From Heteronotia binoei (taxonomy: Eukaryota): a stretch of 64,000 nt of DNA. The number at the start of each line of letters is the position of its first letter. Positions within the stretch are counted from its first letter, which is position 1. The notes under the pieces were generated by a model, which worked only from the letters and a program-made list of their open reading frames with translations, did no database searches and was not told where the DNA came from. Location of the stretch: assembly GCF_032191835.1 (NCBI RefSeq), contig NC_083223.1, positions 114,452,001-114,516,000 on the forward strand, written 5' to 3'. Below, one piece after another: positions 22,665 through 35,372 of the stretch. The position numbers and the translations under genes are program-made.

Positions 22665-25600
22665 TTTATTTATTTGATTTGATTTATACCCTGCCCTCCA
22701 CACCGAAGCAGGCTCAGGGCTGCTCACAACACATGGCATAGAACAAAACATTCACATTAAAAAGCATTAAAAACACTTTAAAACAATTTGGTGCTTGTTT
22801 CAGTACAGATTAAGATGCTGTTCAATGATCTTAAGCATCCAGTATATCTAAGATGGCAATGAAGATCAGCATCTAACTGAAACAGTGTTGTCTTACAGGC
22901 CTTGTGGAATGGGCAAGGTCTCACAAAGCTCTGACCTCCTCAGGCAGTTGGTTCCACCAGTGAGGGGCGACAACTGAGAAGCCTCTTTCTCGCATTGTTT
23001 TCAGTCTTGCCTCCCTCGGCCCAGGGATCGATAACAAGTTCTGTGTTTCTGATCTAAGTACCCTCTGGGGAACATGTGGGGAGAAACGGTCCCTAAGGTA
23101 AGCAGGTCCTCGGCCATATAGGACTTTAAAGGTAATAACCAGCACCTTGTAGCAGATCCGGTATACCACCGGCAGCCAGTGCAGCATCCGCAGCCAGGTT
23201 GTATGTGCTCCCACATGGAGAGCCCCAATAGCAGCCTGGCTGCCGCATTCTGCATTAGCTGCAATTTCCAGATTCAGGACAAGGGCAGTCCCATGTAGAG
23301 GGCATTGAGTAGTCCAGTCTCGAGGGGACCATAGCATGGATCACAGTTGTGAAGTCACCGCACTTGAGGAAGGGAACCAGCTCCCTTACCTGCCTAAGAT
23401 GGTAAAAGGCGGATTTGGCAGCAGCTGCTATCTGGGCCTCCATTGTTATGGAAGGATCCAGTAGCACTCCCAGGCTTCTAACCTGGGGTGCCATTGTAAG
23501 TGGCACTCCGTCAAAAGCCGGTAAGGGGATTTCCCTGCTAGGACCGCTGCAACTCAAAGGACCTCTGTCTTCATCGGATTCAGCCTTAGTCGACTCAGTC
23601 TAAGCCAACTTGCAACAGCTTGTAATGCCAGGTCCAGATTTTCTGGGACACAATCAGACTGGCCCTCCATCAGTAGGTAGAGCTGGGTGTCATCCGCGTA
23701 CAGATGGCAACCCTGCCCATAACTGTGGGAAATCTGGGCAAGGGGGCACATGTAGATGTTAAACAACATTGGGGGAAGCACTGCTCCCTAAGGCACACCA
23801 CAATTAAGCGATGTCTCTGGGAAGACTGTCCTTCAATCACCACCCTTTGTCCCTGACCTTGAAGGAAAGAGGAAAGCCATTGTAAAGCTAACCCCTGAAT
23901 CTCTGTGTCGGCAAGATGGTGGGTCAGTAGCTGATGGTCCACTGTATCAAATGCAGCCAACAGGTCTAGCAACATCAGCACTACAAAACCGCCCTGATCC
24001 AGATGCTGCTGGAGATCATGTACAAGAGCAACCAGTACTGTCTCTGTCCCATGGAGGCATTATCTAGAAAGCTCTGCAACTGTTGTGCCACTGTCCTCTC
24101 GATAATCTTACCAGAAATGGTAATGTTGACACCGGCCAGTAGTTTGCCAATTCAGCCAGATCCAATGCTGGTTTTTTCAAGAAAGGGCGGACCACTGCCT
24201 CTTTAAGAGATGAGGGGAAAAGCCCTGCAGAGAGGGATCTGTTTATGATATCCCGTAAAGGATGTTGTAGCTCCATCTGGAAAGCTTTAATCAGTCAGGA
24301 TGGGCAAGGGTCCAGATTCATGTTGTCGGGCATACAGTGAAGAGAATTCTGTCAACTTCCTCCAAGCTGAATGTTGTAAAGCGGTCTAAAACTGGACCGG
24401 AAAACAGGCATGGAGTCTCAAGTTCACATACTGTTTCAAATGTGGCGGGGAGATCATGATGGAGCGACAAGACTTATCCATTAAAAAAGCCGCAAAAGCC
24501 TTGCAGCCAATATCCAATTTCCTAGCATTTGGCCTGCTAGTTTGGGGACCACTGCTCTATAGGATGTTCTCGTCGCTTCATCCTAAATACGCCACCACTG
24601 CCTCTCTAGCCATCTGAGCCTTCATCAGCTGCAATTTCGGGTTATAACATGGTGCCAGCTTAGAATGAGGGCGCAGAGGGTGCTGGGACGCAATCTCATC
24701 GATGGCCATAGAGAGCCAGTCATTCCAGGACTCCACTAGGTCATCTAATGAGTTGCCAGGAGGCCAGGGATCCTGTAAAGCCATCTGGAACAACATTGGG
24801 TCCATTTGACTCTGTGAGCGAGCTAAAATACGTTTGTTGCCTAAACAGGTTCAAGGTGGGACATACATACAGGCCTTCAAGGTCATAGTGGTACGACCAT
24901 GGCACTGCTTCCGCAGTGATCCAGTCCACTAAAAGTCCCACTGCAAAGATCAGATCCAGAATGTGCCCAACTTGGTGAGTGTGTGTTATTACATGTTGAG
25001 AGAGCTCCAGTGTCGCCAAGGATGACACTAGGTCCGCTGCCTGTGTGGAGCTCTCATCATCAGCATGGGCATTGAAGTCACCCAGGATCAACAGCCCTTG
25101 GTGTTCCAATGCCCATATGTTACAGCTTCCATCAGGGACGGTAAGGCGTTGGCTGGTGCGTTAGGCAAAAAGTACACCAGGCAGATAGTCAAACCCTCCC
25201 CAACATCCTACACCAGACCAGCACATTCAATGCTGTCAATCTCTGGAGATGGGAGAGCCTGGAAGGAGTAAGTCTCTTGTATGAATAGGGCCACCCCTCC
25301 CCCCTGCCCACTAGTCCATGCTTGGTGAAAAACTGAGTACCCTGGGGGAGCTACATGGAAGAGAGCTACTGTCTCCCCATCATGCACTTGGCCTGCCTTG
25401 TCTCAGGTCTCAGTCATGCAGGCCAGATCCAAATTCTGCTCAAGCAGGAAGTCCCGAAGGACTGAGGTCTTGTTATTTATGGACCTGGTGTTGCATAACA
25501 CCAATGACAGAGGCGACTAGTTCAACCTGGCCCCACTACCTGCTACCGTTGGGATGAGATGCAAGTCGGAAGGGGGCCAAGCTCCTTCATGTCTCAACCG

Positions 25601-25710
25601 CCTTCCTTTAAGTCTATGCCTGTTCCCACCATCATACCTTCTCCTCCCCAGGAGTACTGGGATCTCCTGGCTGGTCATCACCCTATTAGAGGTCTCCACA
25701 ACAGCCTCAG
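22665..25710 (-). mobile_element. L2 LINE, second near-complete but more decayed ORF2
   Basis: 3' tail at 22665-22730. Peptides LYADDTQLYLL, LLDLLAAFDTVDH and GDFNAH are colinear with the copy at 14160-17300. Confidence 0.9.
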
Positions 25711-28700
25711 TGAAAGTGTTGAGATATTAAGAAAGTTAAGAATGTTATGGTATTGCTGATGAATAGAAATATGAAAATAAGCATCTTTAATATAAATAAC
25801 AATAAACCAACAATTTAACTTAATTTAACTTTAATAATTTCAAAATTTAAGGAATAGATGCCATGAGAAATTCAGAAACATTAATATTTAATTCTATTAA
25901 ATCTAATATAGGACTTATTCCTCCATATTTTTTGTCAACTTGAAACGTTCTGGAGAGAAAACCATCTGTTCCCAGAGGTTCTGACAGCTCCTCAATAGCA
26001 TTCTTTTCATTTATAGCACCCAGTGCCTGCAAAAGGTCAGGAGCTGCCTGGCTAGCTACTCCCAATAGAGGAGAATGTGTGAGCATTTGCTTGAACTCTA
26101 ACCTGTAACCTGCATGGACCTGCATGAATCATGAGATGTGATGGTTTTCCAAGAAGTATAGATCTGTGACAGCCTGCCACCAAATCTGACAGATGTCTGC
26201 GTTTGCCCTCGTCAGGAGGATGGTTTTTGTGACTGGAGTGCCTCTTAGGTCTGGTCAATTGGGTAGCTGATCTAGAACAGTATCGGTTGTCCCTCTGATA
26301 GGGGTACCAGGATTGCTGTGGAAAAGATCTCTACTTATTCTGGGGTCATGGAGAGCTGAGATACCCCTAGTGAGATCGGAGTTTATTCTTTTTAATTAAA
26401 GACAATGCCTCACCATACTGATGAGAACATGGAAACCTCAAATGGTAAGCCCTCTACTGTTTGTTTGGTTTCAGCTGGTAGTGCTGTAGACCTTAACTAG
26501 GTGTGGCATCTCAGGACTATGGCACTCGCCATGGAGCAAGCTGCAGCATCAGCTGAATGCCTGCTTGCATTTATCAGCTGCTTTGACTGTTTAACAGCCT
26601 CAGCTTGCAGCACCTCAGTGAGGAGTCTTTTTTCTTCTGGCAGAAGTTCCAAGAAAGGCATCATTCCTTTCCATAAGTACTGATAGTCAATCATAACAGT
26701 CTCATAATTAGCTATCCTAAAACCCAATGCAGATGATGAGTATCATTTTTGTCCTATGACATCAAGTTTGTGTCCTTCCTTGTCAGTGGACACAGAGTTG
26801 TAGGCTTGACGGCTGTTTGGTTGCCTCCCTTCTGTCACTAATGATGAAGGTGATGGAGTAGTATTAATGTAATTTAAAGGTTCTTTTTTAATTCTATAAA
26901 AAGTAATCAACTCTCCTGGAAGTGGGTTGTAATGATACTGGCTTTTGCAAGATTTCCTGAATTAATTCTTCCAAGCACCCCCCAAGTTTGGGAAGGCAAT
27001 CAGGCCCAGAGAATCAAAATACAACCAACTTCAAATTTTGTCTCTTGGTTTATGCTCAGAGGTGACAATCTTTGTCTCCAAAGATTGTGCTATCCTAATA
27101 ATTTGTTCATTGTACATGCAAAGATCTTCAGTAGGAGATGCTAAAGATGGTTCCCCAAGTAATTAATCTGGGCTCAGATCCATCAGCATCTCATCCCTCA
27201 TACCCAGTTTGGGAGAAAGTGGCCTGCAGGATACTGTAGCTGAAGATGGGTAAGAATGAGGACCATGTGAATAACCATATGGAATCTGATCTCTAGGCTA
27301 ATTAAAAATGCACTCCCGGTTCTCCAGATATCCAGGGGTCAGAGGACATCATGTATGGGTTGGAAGACCATCTCATAAGTGGCTGGAGATGTATCCACAG
27401 AACCGTTTGCATTTGTTCAGTTTTAATGTTCAGTGGCTGTCCTGGCAGCACTTCCACTTCTATTTTATTTCCTCATCTGAAATAGACACAGTCAATACTC
27501 TCAGATTTGGAGAAGGTGTTTTGGACCTTTCTTGTAAGGCTGGTGACAGTTCTGCTGTTTTTACTGGAATCTGACAATGAGGTCCAGCTTTTTGTTTGTC
27601 CTTCAATTTTCATATTAGCCTTCTTGGCTGTTGGCTCCAAGGACTCATGCTGGACCCAAGGGGAGCACAATTCTGCACAGATCCATTGGAACATAGATGG
27701 TGGGAGCAGAGCCCATTGTGTTGAAACTGATGTCGACTTTGCTGGAGCCAAACTGGATGCAGGTTCTGAGGCTTTAAATGCCTTTTCCCAAAATGCAGCC
27801 TTTAATTTGGAAGCTCTATCCCCTTTAGCTTTAAGGGTAATTTTTTTTTTTTTTTGCCAGATCTTACAAGTGGGGACATTATAACATTCACCCAGTCAGA
27901 AGAGACACAGATTGTCTTGTCTGGCTGGGTCATTTTGGACCCACAATTGGTACATTTCATGGACTGTGCTTTCTGAGCCATCTTGAAAGCTAAAAAAGAA
28001 GCAAATAGTCCACAAAAAGGGATTCCTCACTTATCTGACACTCCAGAGACTAGCCAATGAACAACCTACTCCTGAGGTGGTTAAAAAGGAACTGAGGTGG
28101 AGAATGTGGTCCCTGGGCAGAAGCTAAGACTTTAGTTCTTGTGCACAGTACCTCCTGGAGGCTTTTAGCTGTAAAAACCTCTCTGTTGGCAGGTCTGCTC
28201 ATGTGCAGTCCTAATGTGGGATTGCACAGAAAATTGATGGTGAATTTCATGCCCTACCTAGAGGCTAACAGTAACTTCTACAGAAGTATAAAATGCATAA
28301 GTGTGCTGGGACTAAGAGTATTCTATGAGAAGCATGGACACTGTCTTTATTTTGCTCTCAGAACCTGAACAGGAACTCTGAAAGCTTTAATTAGAGGGCC
28401 CTACTGTCTTGCAAGTTAGCAAGGTTGAGAAGCACAGGGGAAGGGAGGAAGACTTTTATAGGATTAGCAGGATGCTGTTTCAAGGATCTGTTTGCATTCA
28501 TATTTCCAAAACAGAAATTGGCCACTGTGTTGGAAAAATTCCAGCAATGCATGTTTGGGGGAGTTAATTATATTCAAAGTGTTGGAGAAACACAGCTGTT
28601 TTATTCTCCCTGCTTCTGTTCCTCCTCACTTCTACCTGTCAATCGGTACAGGTATGCCTTCAATGCGGGTCCTACAATTCCACATACTACCTTTCCCAAA

Positions 28701-29894
28701 GACAGAAACTGCTGAAGGAACACAGGAAAATTCAGGTAGACAGAAGTCAGTGTCATTCATAAGCTGCACAAACTGCAAAAAAAGAATCCCCAAATGCAAA
28801 TCTTCTTAAACCCAAGAAGCATGCCAAAAACACTGCTTTTTATCTGAGTATATTTTAATTACAATTTTTGAGTGATGGATATAGTTATTTATTTAGTATT
28901 ATTTATTTAGACTTATATTCTGCCCTTTCCCAGGGCAGATCACTACATGAACTGAACAGCAATAAAAACCTACAATTTAAATTTTAATTTAATTTAATTT
29001 TATTCGATTTATATCCCGCCCTCCCCACCGAGGAAATAAAATTAGCGATCAAAACTATAGAACAATAAAACAAATAAGGTGTACATGCCAGGTTGTACAT
29101 GCCAATAAATATATCTCCTAACTGACTTTCAAAGCAATATCTACAGCCCAGACCCATGGAAGATATATTACACCAACCCAAGAAATGGGATATTTTCATA
29201 ATGTTATTTATAGATTTTGCATTGCAAGAATTAAATATGCTTACAAATCAATAGTCTGAGTCCTTGGAGTGATACTTAGGGCACTTCCAGTTCAGCTGGG
29301 GAAGGGGGTACAATTTCCTTTTTGTCCTCAAGCCACATACTCTACTGATATCTAGGTTTCCCCAGCCCTAAAGAATGTCATTCACAGTTCTCTGGAAACA
29401 AGCCAATTAGTGTTTTTTTCTGATTTTCTTTGGAAAGTTATTAAACAAACAGAATAACTTAAGCCATTAAAAACATTCTGGAGAACAGAAGTTTACCTAC
29501 TGTCATAAATCAGTATTTCAAGTTAACTGCTCTGTTTAATTTTCATATGTCTATAGATCTATTTTGCATTTACTTTGTGTTAATTTGTGTTTTGAAGAGA
29601 CTTTAAATAAAATTATACTAGCCATTCACCAAATTGTCCTAACAGGAAAATAACTTCAACCCCAGAAGTTACCCTTTGAACATTCCAGCTGAGGCAAAAA
29701 GCACATACATGGAAATAAATACTCATAAACTCTAAATTTTCTCTCATATAACATTTTGGGGAACATGAATGTGAATGGGAGCAAGCAAGATCACCATGGC
29801 AAGCTCTGTCCTCATCCTGCATACATTTAATTAAAGGTAAACAGAGGTCATACAAACAACTGTACATGAGATGTATCACTACACAACTGAGAAG

Positions 29895-30088
29895 TTGCAG
29901 GCTTTCCTCTCTACTAAGTGGAGCCTGGAGATCTCTCAGAATTACAACGGATCTCCAGAAAACAGTTCAGTACCCCTAGCTTTGGAGTGTAGGCTCTATG
30001 GGTTATGCTCAACTGAATTTCCTTCCCTCCCCTGGCTCCACCCCTAAAATCTCCAGGATTTTCCCTAACCCTGAATTGGTAAATCTGG
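29895..30088 (+). mobile_element. hAT-type MITE (TAGGGTTGCCA family), degenerate
   Basis: ggagcctggagatctctcagaattacaacggatctccag core is shared with the copies at 32329, 42389 and 19380. Confidence 0.55.
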
Positions 30089-32328
30089 CATCTACACTTC
30101 TCAATGAAAGCAAGCAGATCAAAGGCAAAGTGTGTCTTTGAAACAGAAAATTACTTTCAACTGCCTTGCTCAAAAACACACACATAACTACTTAACCATT
30201 TAAATCACTACCTAACTGGCCAAAATGCACATCTTAACAGAGTGAAGTACAAATGAGTAGTACCTTTTAAATACTCGAGCATGTACTTCTGTAGCCTTTT
30301 GTTATATGGAACAATGGGAAGGAGTAGGGCAAACACACTGGTCTCAGAACAGAGTGCACTTTGCAATCATGTCAGGCACTCTCTCAAAACAGTCAGTGCA
30401 ACCTTTTGTTTTCTTTTAAGCCTGTGATGACAGTGGATCTTCTATGTGTGTTCTTGCTTTTAAAGATGGGGGGAGCATTTGGGAGGCACTAGAAAATAAA
30501 GATGATTCATGCTGAGACTTTTTTGAAGGTCAGGTCTTGATTTATACAAAGGTATGTTACGGGGAACAATGGCTCTGAGACCCACTAATCCTAGAAAAAG
30601 GGAAAAGAATGTGCCAATGCCAAATAGCACTAGTTGATTAACAGGTTGGAAATCTTATTTTATGCAGTTAAAATCTTTATGTAGCTTAGGCCATTAAGGA
30701 GCAATTATAATATATAAAGCATTCTTGGGGCACAGTACTTCAGAGTACTTTCTTCTCCGCAATAATGAAGGCCTCCTACAGTGAAATCACATAGATTTTT
30801 AAAATCTAACTCTTGCCTAAGGAAGGCTGACAGTTTTGCTGTAGTGGGGATGATATAGAACTGCTTGCAGCTTTCTTAGGGTGCAGTGAACTTTAGAAAA
30901 ATCAAGCAATGAGACTGTGAGTCAGGCACTCAATTCAGGAGATGATTTCAGCAGAGAAAACTCAAAAGGTGGTTTTATTTTGTAGTCAAATTCTATGCTT
31001 GTCACAAGACAGCTCCCCCCATGAGGGAAGAAAAGGATTTTGCTAAGTTACTGATGTCTCAGGTTCTCTACAGTATAGTGAGATTGCACAGGCAGGTTTG
31101 CCCCTTTCAAGCTGAGCCTTGGTGACAATTAGAATGCAACAAGATACATTGTGTTTTCTGGGTGTGTCTGAGGTTCAGAACAAATGTCTAAGGAAGCCCA
31201 GATATTTCTCCAACGCACTTGCTATTCAGCATGCCTCCAAGTCTTAGTATGGCATCAAGAAGAGACCTTGTGCTTCTAAAAATTAAAGTAGGTCTATATT
31301 TTTAAGCCTTCAATTAAACAGGTTTGAGATTCTAACTGACTGAGGAGACTGTTCTAGGTGTTCACTTAGGAAATGGTAAGAAGCAGCATTGTGTTGACTA
31401 GATAACTGGTAACAGACACTAGACAGTCTTGATAGGCTTTGCAATTAGTTAATATGGGAAATACACATTCTAGAGGATACATATGAGGGTGTTGGGAATG
31501 CATGGTTAACCAGAGTGAACTGATTTTTCTGTAGCATGGGACAGAATTATGGGGTACAAAATGCCACCATCAATTTGCTTTAAGATTTAGGAAATCAACC
31601 TCTTAGGGACTTCTACCAATTCCCCTTGAAATACATGCTTAATTCTACATGAAGTGACATAGTTTGCTGTCTCTTTTCTTGAACTTTATTCTTCCCCACT
31701 AGGCACTGGTATACATCATTAAAATGACCAGAGTGGCAGATTCTACAACTGGTCAGGATCTAATTGTCCTTATCATATTAGCAGAGCATTCAACTGGCAA
31801 ATCTTTTCTGTCTACAGAAGATGGATGCCTGTGAGCTTAATTACCCAAAGCTTGAGCTAAGATGCAGGTCAGTTCTAATGCTTGGTGTCAAGAATTGTGT
31901 TAAAGGAACAGACACAGAAGTACAGTAGTCATGATAATATGAAAGCCAATGTGTGCTTCAGCTCTGAAATTAAACAGATTTTGCCCTTCATGCTGTTTTC
32001 TCTCCATTCAAGCACTTGAAAGTCTGACCTATACTAATCCAATTACTTCAGCGCCAGGACCATTTCTAGACTACTGGTTTGAACTACTAAGTGCTGTATG
32101 TGTACACACACACACACAAATAAACAAACAATGAACAGCACCAAGATGACAGACTTTCCCTCCTTAAATCTATGTATGAGAAATTAAAATAATTGCCACT
32201 GCCAGAAAACTTGAAATTTATTGTCAGTTTCAAAGGCACTGATATCAGTGAGTTTCATGTATGTCACTGCCTGGCTACAACTTTAATTGTTTACAAATAA
32301 TGATCCAATCCCATGAATCACTATAGAG

Positions 32329-32566
32329 TAGGGTTGCCAGGTCCCTCCTGGCTACTAGCTGGGGGTGAGGGGTATGATCCATATTGGGAAACTCTTAAAG
32401 ACTGAGGGATGGAGTCTGAGGATGACACACACCTCACTGGGGTACAATGCCATAGAGTCCATGCTCCAAAGCATCCATTTTCTCCCAGAGAACTGATCTC
32501 TGTAGTCTGCAGATAAGCTGTAATTCTAGGTGATCCCCAGGTTCCACCTGGAGGCTGGCATCCTTA
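32329..32566 (-). mobile_element. hAT-type MITE (TAGGGTTGCCA family)
   Basis: TIR tagggttgccag ... ctggcatcctta, with 8-bp flanks ctatagag/ctgcagag (6/8 match). Confidence 0.75.
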
Positions 32567-32829
32567 CTGCAGAGGCACATTAACCATTAGTATTCATAGA
32601 AAAGAGCAAGAGTCCAAAACCATTTTGTTTGTCCAAAATCTTTGGTGGGAAGTTAACTATTACTGCTTTGCTCGGCCAGCAGGCATGCCATCTCCAGTTT
32701 GTGTTAATGCTTTTCCTCTCCCATATTTTCCTGTCTCACAAGCTGATCCTCCTGCATCTTCAGCTTCTCCTCTAGCAGCTTATCTGCCATCTTTTGCTTC
32801 TCCTCTAAAATTTGTGGCAGGCAATCCTT

Positions 32830-33690
32830 AAAGCAGCATCCTCACAAGAAAAATATTTAATATCATCTCTATATGATCTTTCTGGTCTTACCAATGAGAA
32901 GCCCTTATCTTACCAGCATCTCTGGTAAACAACTTGCAATCATTCCATCTCTTCGTACTTCTGGGATGCTCTGTGGAGATCACCCTCCTTTAACTCCAAA
33001 ATAACAGAAGCGAAACTGGAATCTTTCAAAATAACCTCTTTTTGGTATCTCACCCCACTTAAGTTAGCATGTATGAAATGCTCTTCCCCAACTATGTGTT
33101 GGAAAAAATGTAGACAGATTGGAGATTATATTCACTGTTGACTAGAGTCCAAGTATAAAACAATTATGGACCTCAGTTCTTACTCAAATTAACTTAATTA
33201 CACATGTTGACATTCTAACAACCCCAGGACATCTTTTCTTAAATGGCTGGATCTCTCATAAATATGCTTCTGTAGCTATTGAAAAAGTCTTATTATTACT
33301 ATCAGCTGCGAAAATATACATTGCTAGGAACTGGGAAAATACAACTCTTCTTCTTCTTTCACAATGGCACGCAAAAAAAATTGGGAGTTTTACATAAAGG
33401 CAAAATTGACAGATAAGCTTAAATCCATTGATGACTGTGAAACTACTTCCAATTTTGTTACCGTATGGCTTCCTATATTAGAATATCTAACTGATCAACA
33501 AGAAATCCCCAAACTCATTAATTATTTAAACCAAGACTGTTGGTAATGTTAGCTTGTCTGTATTGACATACCTTCCTTACATGTGCACTGTACTTTTACT
33601 GATATTTACAAACTATAGATCTTTATATGTTTGTTTATAACTGTACTGATTCATAACTTAAAATTAATAAACTGTTAATTTATTAAAATT
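32830..33690 (+). mobile_element. Old L1/Tx1 3' fragment
   Basis: A degenerate zf-RVT-like region (tgttggaaaaaatgt...ggagattatattcactg) is followed by AAKIYIARNW-like and FVTVWLPILEYL peptides and an AATAAA tail. Confidence 0.55.
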
Positions 33691-33865
33691 TGTGGCAGGG
33701 TGTATCATCAGTATCAAGCATGGGTGTGCATTTGAAAATATACCTGAAAAATGCCTTACTGATATTCTGCATGCTTTGGCATTCCAAATGTATACAGGTT
33801 TTCTCAGGAAAACAAAGCAAAATAAAAATCCTAAGAAAATCTTGGATATATTCAGAAATTTCAAA

Positions 33866-35372
33866 TAGAACCATAAGAACATAAGAGAAGTCATGTTGGA
33901 TCAGGCCAATTGCCCAACCAGTACAACACTCTGTGCCACACAGTGGCCAAAAAAAAAACACACCCAAGTGCCATCAGGAGGTTCAAAAGTGAGGCTAGAA
34001 GCCCTTCCACGTTGCTCCCCCTCAAGCACCAAGAATACAGAGCATCACTGCCCCAGACAGTTCCAACAATATGCTGTGGCTAATAGCCACTGATGGACCT
34101 CTGCTCCATATATTTATCCAATCCCCTCTTGAAGCTGGTTATGCTTGTAGCCGCCACCACCTCCTGTGGCAGTGAATTCCACATGTTAATCACCCTTTGG
34201 GTGAAGAAATACTTCCTTTCATCTGTTCTAACCGGACTGCTCAGCAATTTCATTGAATGCCCACAAGTTCTTGTATTGTGAGAAAGGGAGAAAAGGATTT
34301 CTTTCTCTACTTTCTCCAACCCATGCATAATCTTGTAAACCTCTATCATGTCACCCTGCAGTTGACATTTCTCCAAGCTAAAGAGCTCCAAGCGTTTTAA
34401 CCTTTCTTCATAGGGAAAGTGTTCCAAACCTTTAATCATTTTAATTGCCCATTTCTGCACTTTTTCCAATGCTATAATATCCTTCTAGAGGTGCGGTGAC
34501 AAGAATTGTACACAGAATTCCAAATGAGACCACACCATCGATTTATACAGGGGCATTATGATACTGGCTGATTTGTTTTCAATTCCCTTCCTAATAATTC
34601 CCGGCATGGCATTGGCCTTTTTTATTGCAATCGCACACTGTCTTGACATTTTCAGTGATTTACCTACCACGACCCCAAGATCTCTCTCTTCGTCAGTATT
34701 TGCCTGTTCATACCCCATCAATTTGTATTTGTAGCTGGGATTTTGGCCCCAATGTGAATAACTTTGCACTTGGCCAGATTGAACTTCATCTGCCACGTTG
34801 ACGCCCACTTGTCCAGCCTTGACAGATCCCTTTGGAGTGCCTCACAATCCTCTCTGTTTCTCACAATCCTGAACAATTTAGTGTCATCTGTAAACTTAGC
34901 CACTTCACTGCTTACTCCCAACTCCAAATCATTAATGAACAAGTAAAAAAGCATGGAACCCAGTACTGAGCCCTGTGGCACCCCACTGCTTACCATCTTC
35001 CACTGCAAAGATTGCCCATTTATACTCACTCTCTGTTTCCTATTATTTAGCCAGTTTTTGATCCACAAGAGGACCAGTCCTTTTACTCCATGACTCTCGA
35101 GCTTACTAAGGAGTCTTTGATGTGCCTATTCATTCAGTCTTTGATAATGGTTTCTACCAACTTTCCCGGTATTGAAGTGAGACTGACTGGCTTGTAATTT
35201 CCCAGATCTCCTCTGGAACCCTTTTTAAAGATGGGGGTGACATTTGCTACCTTCCAGTCCTCAGGAACGGAGGCAGATTTCAGTGAAAGATTACATAGTT
35301 TTGTCAGGAGATCCACAAGTTCACCATTGAGTTCTTTCAGAACTCTTGGATGTATGCCATCCAGACCTGGTG
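33866..35372 (-). mobile_element. CR1 LINE, 5'-truncated, with internal deletion in RT
   Basis: Peptides PGLDGIHPRVLKEL, PEDWKVANVTPIFKKG, SGVPQGSVLG, KFTDDTKL, ERDLGV and YFFTQRVINMWNSLP. 3' tail repeat (cataagaa)n at 33866-33890. Confidence 0.92.

Larger units (their letters stand above)
19534..28244 (-). mobile_element. DIRS1-like element A (old, fragmented, with nested insertions)
   Basis: YR motifs AHSTRA..ATWSS..TF..HY (19910-20191) and ARRVSELGAL. RNaseH/methylase region HIPG..IDLFAT..YAFP (21367-21807). RT start GYRLEF..ILDL (25847-26125) and gag-like fragment (26497-26727). Inverted termini at 19590-19660 and 28150-28225, ICR-like segment near 19800-19875. Both flanks continue one hAT MITE. 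Confidence 0.85.
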
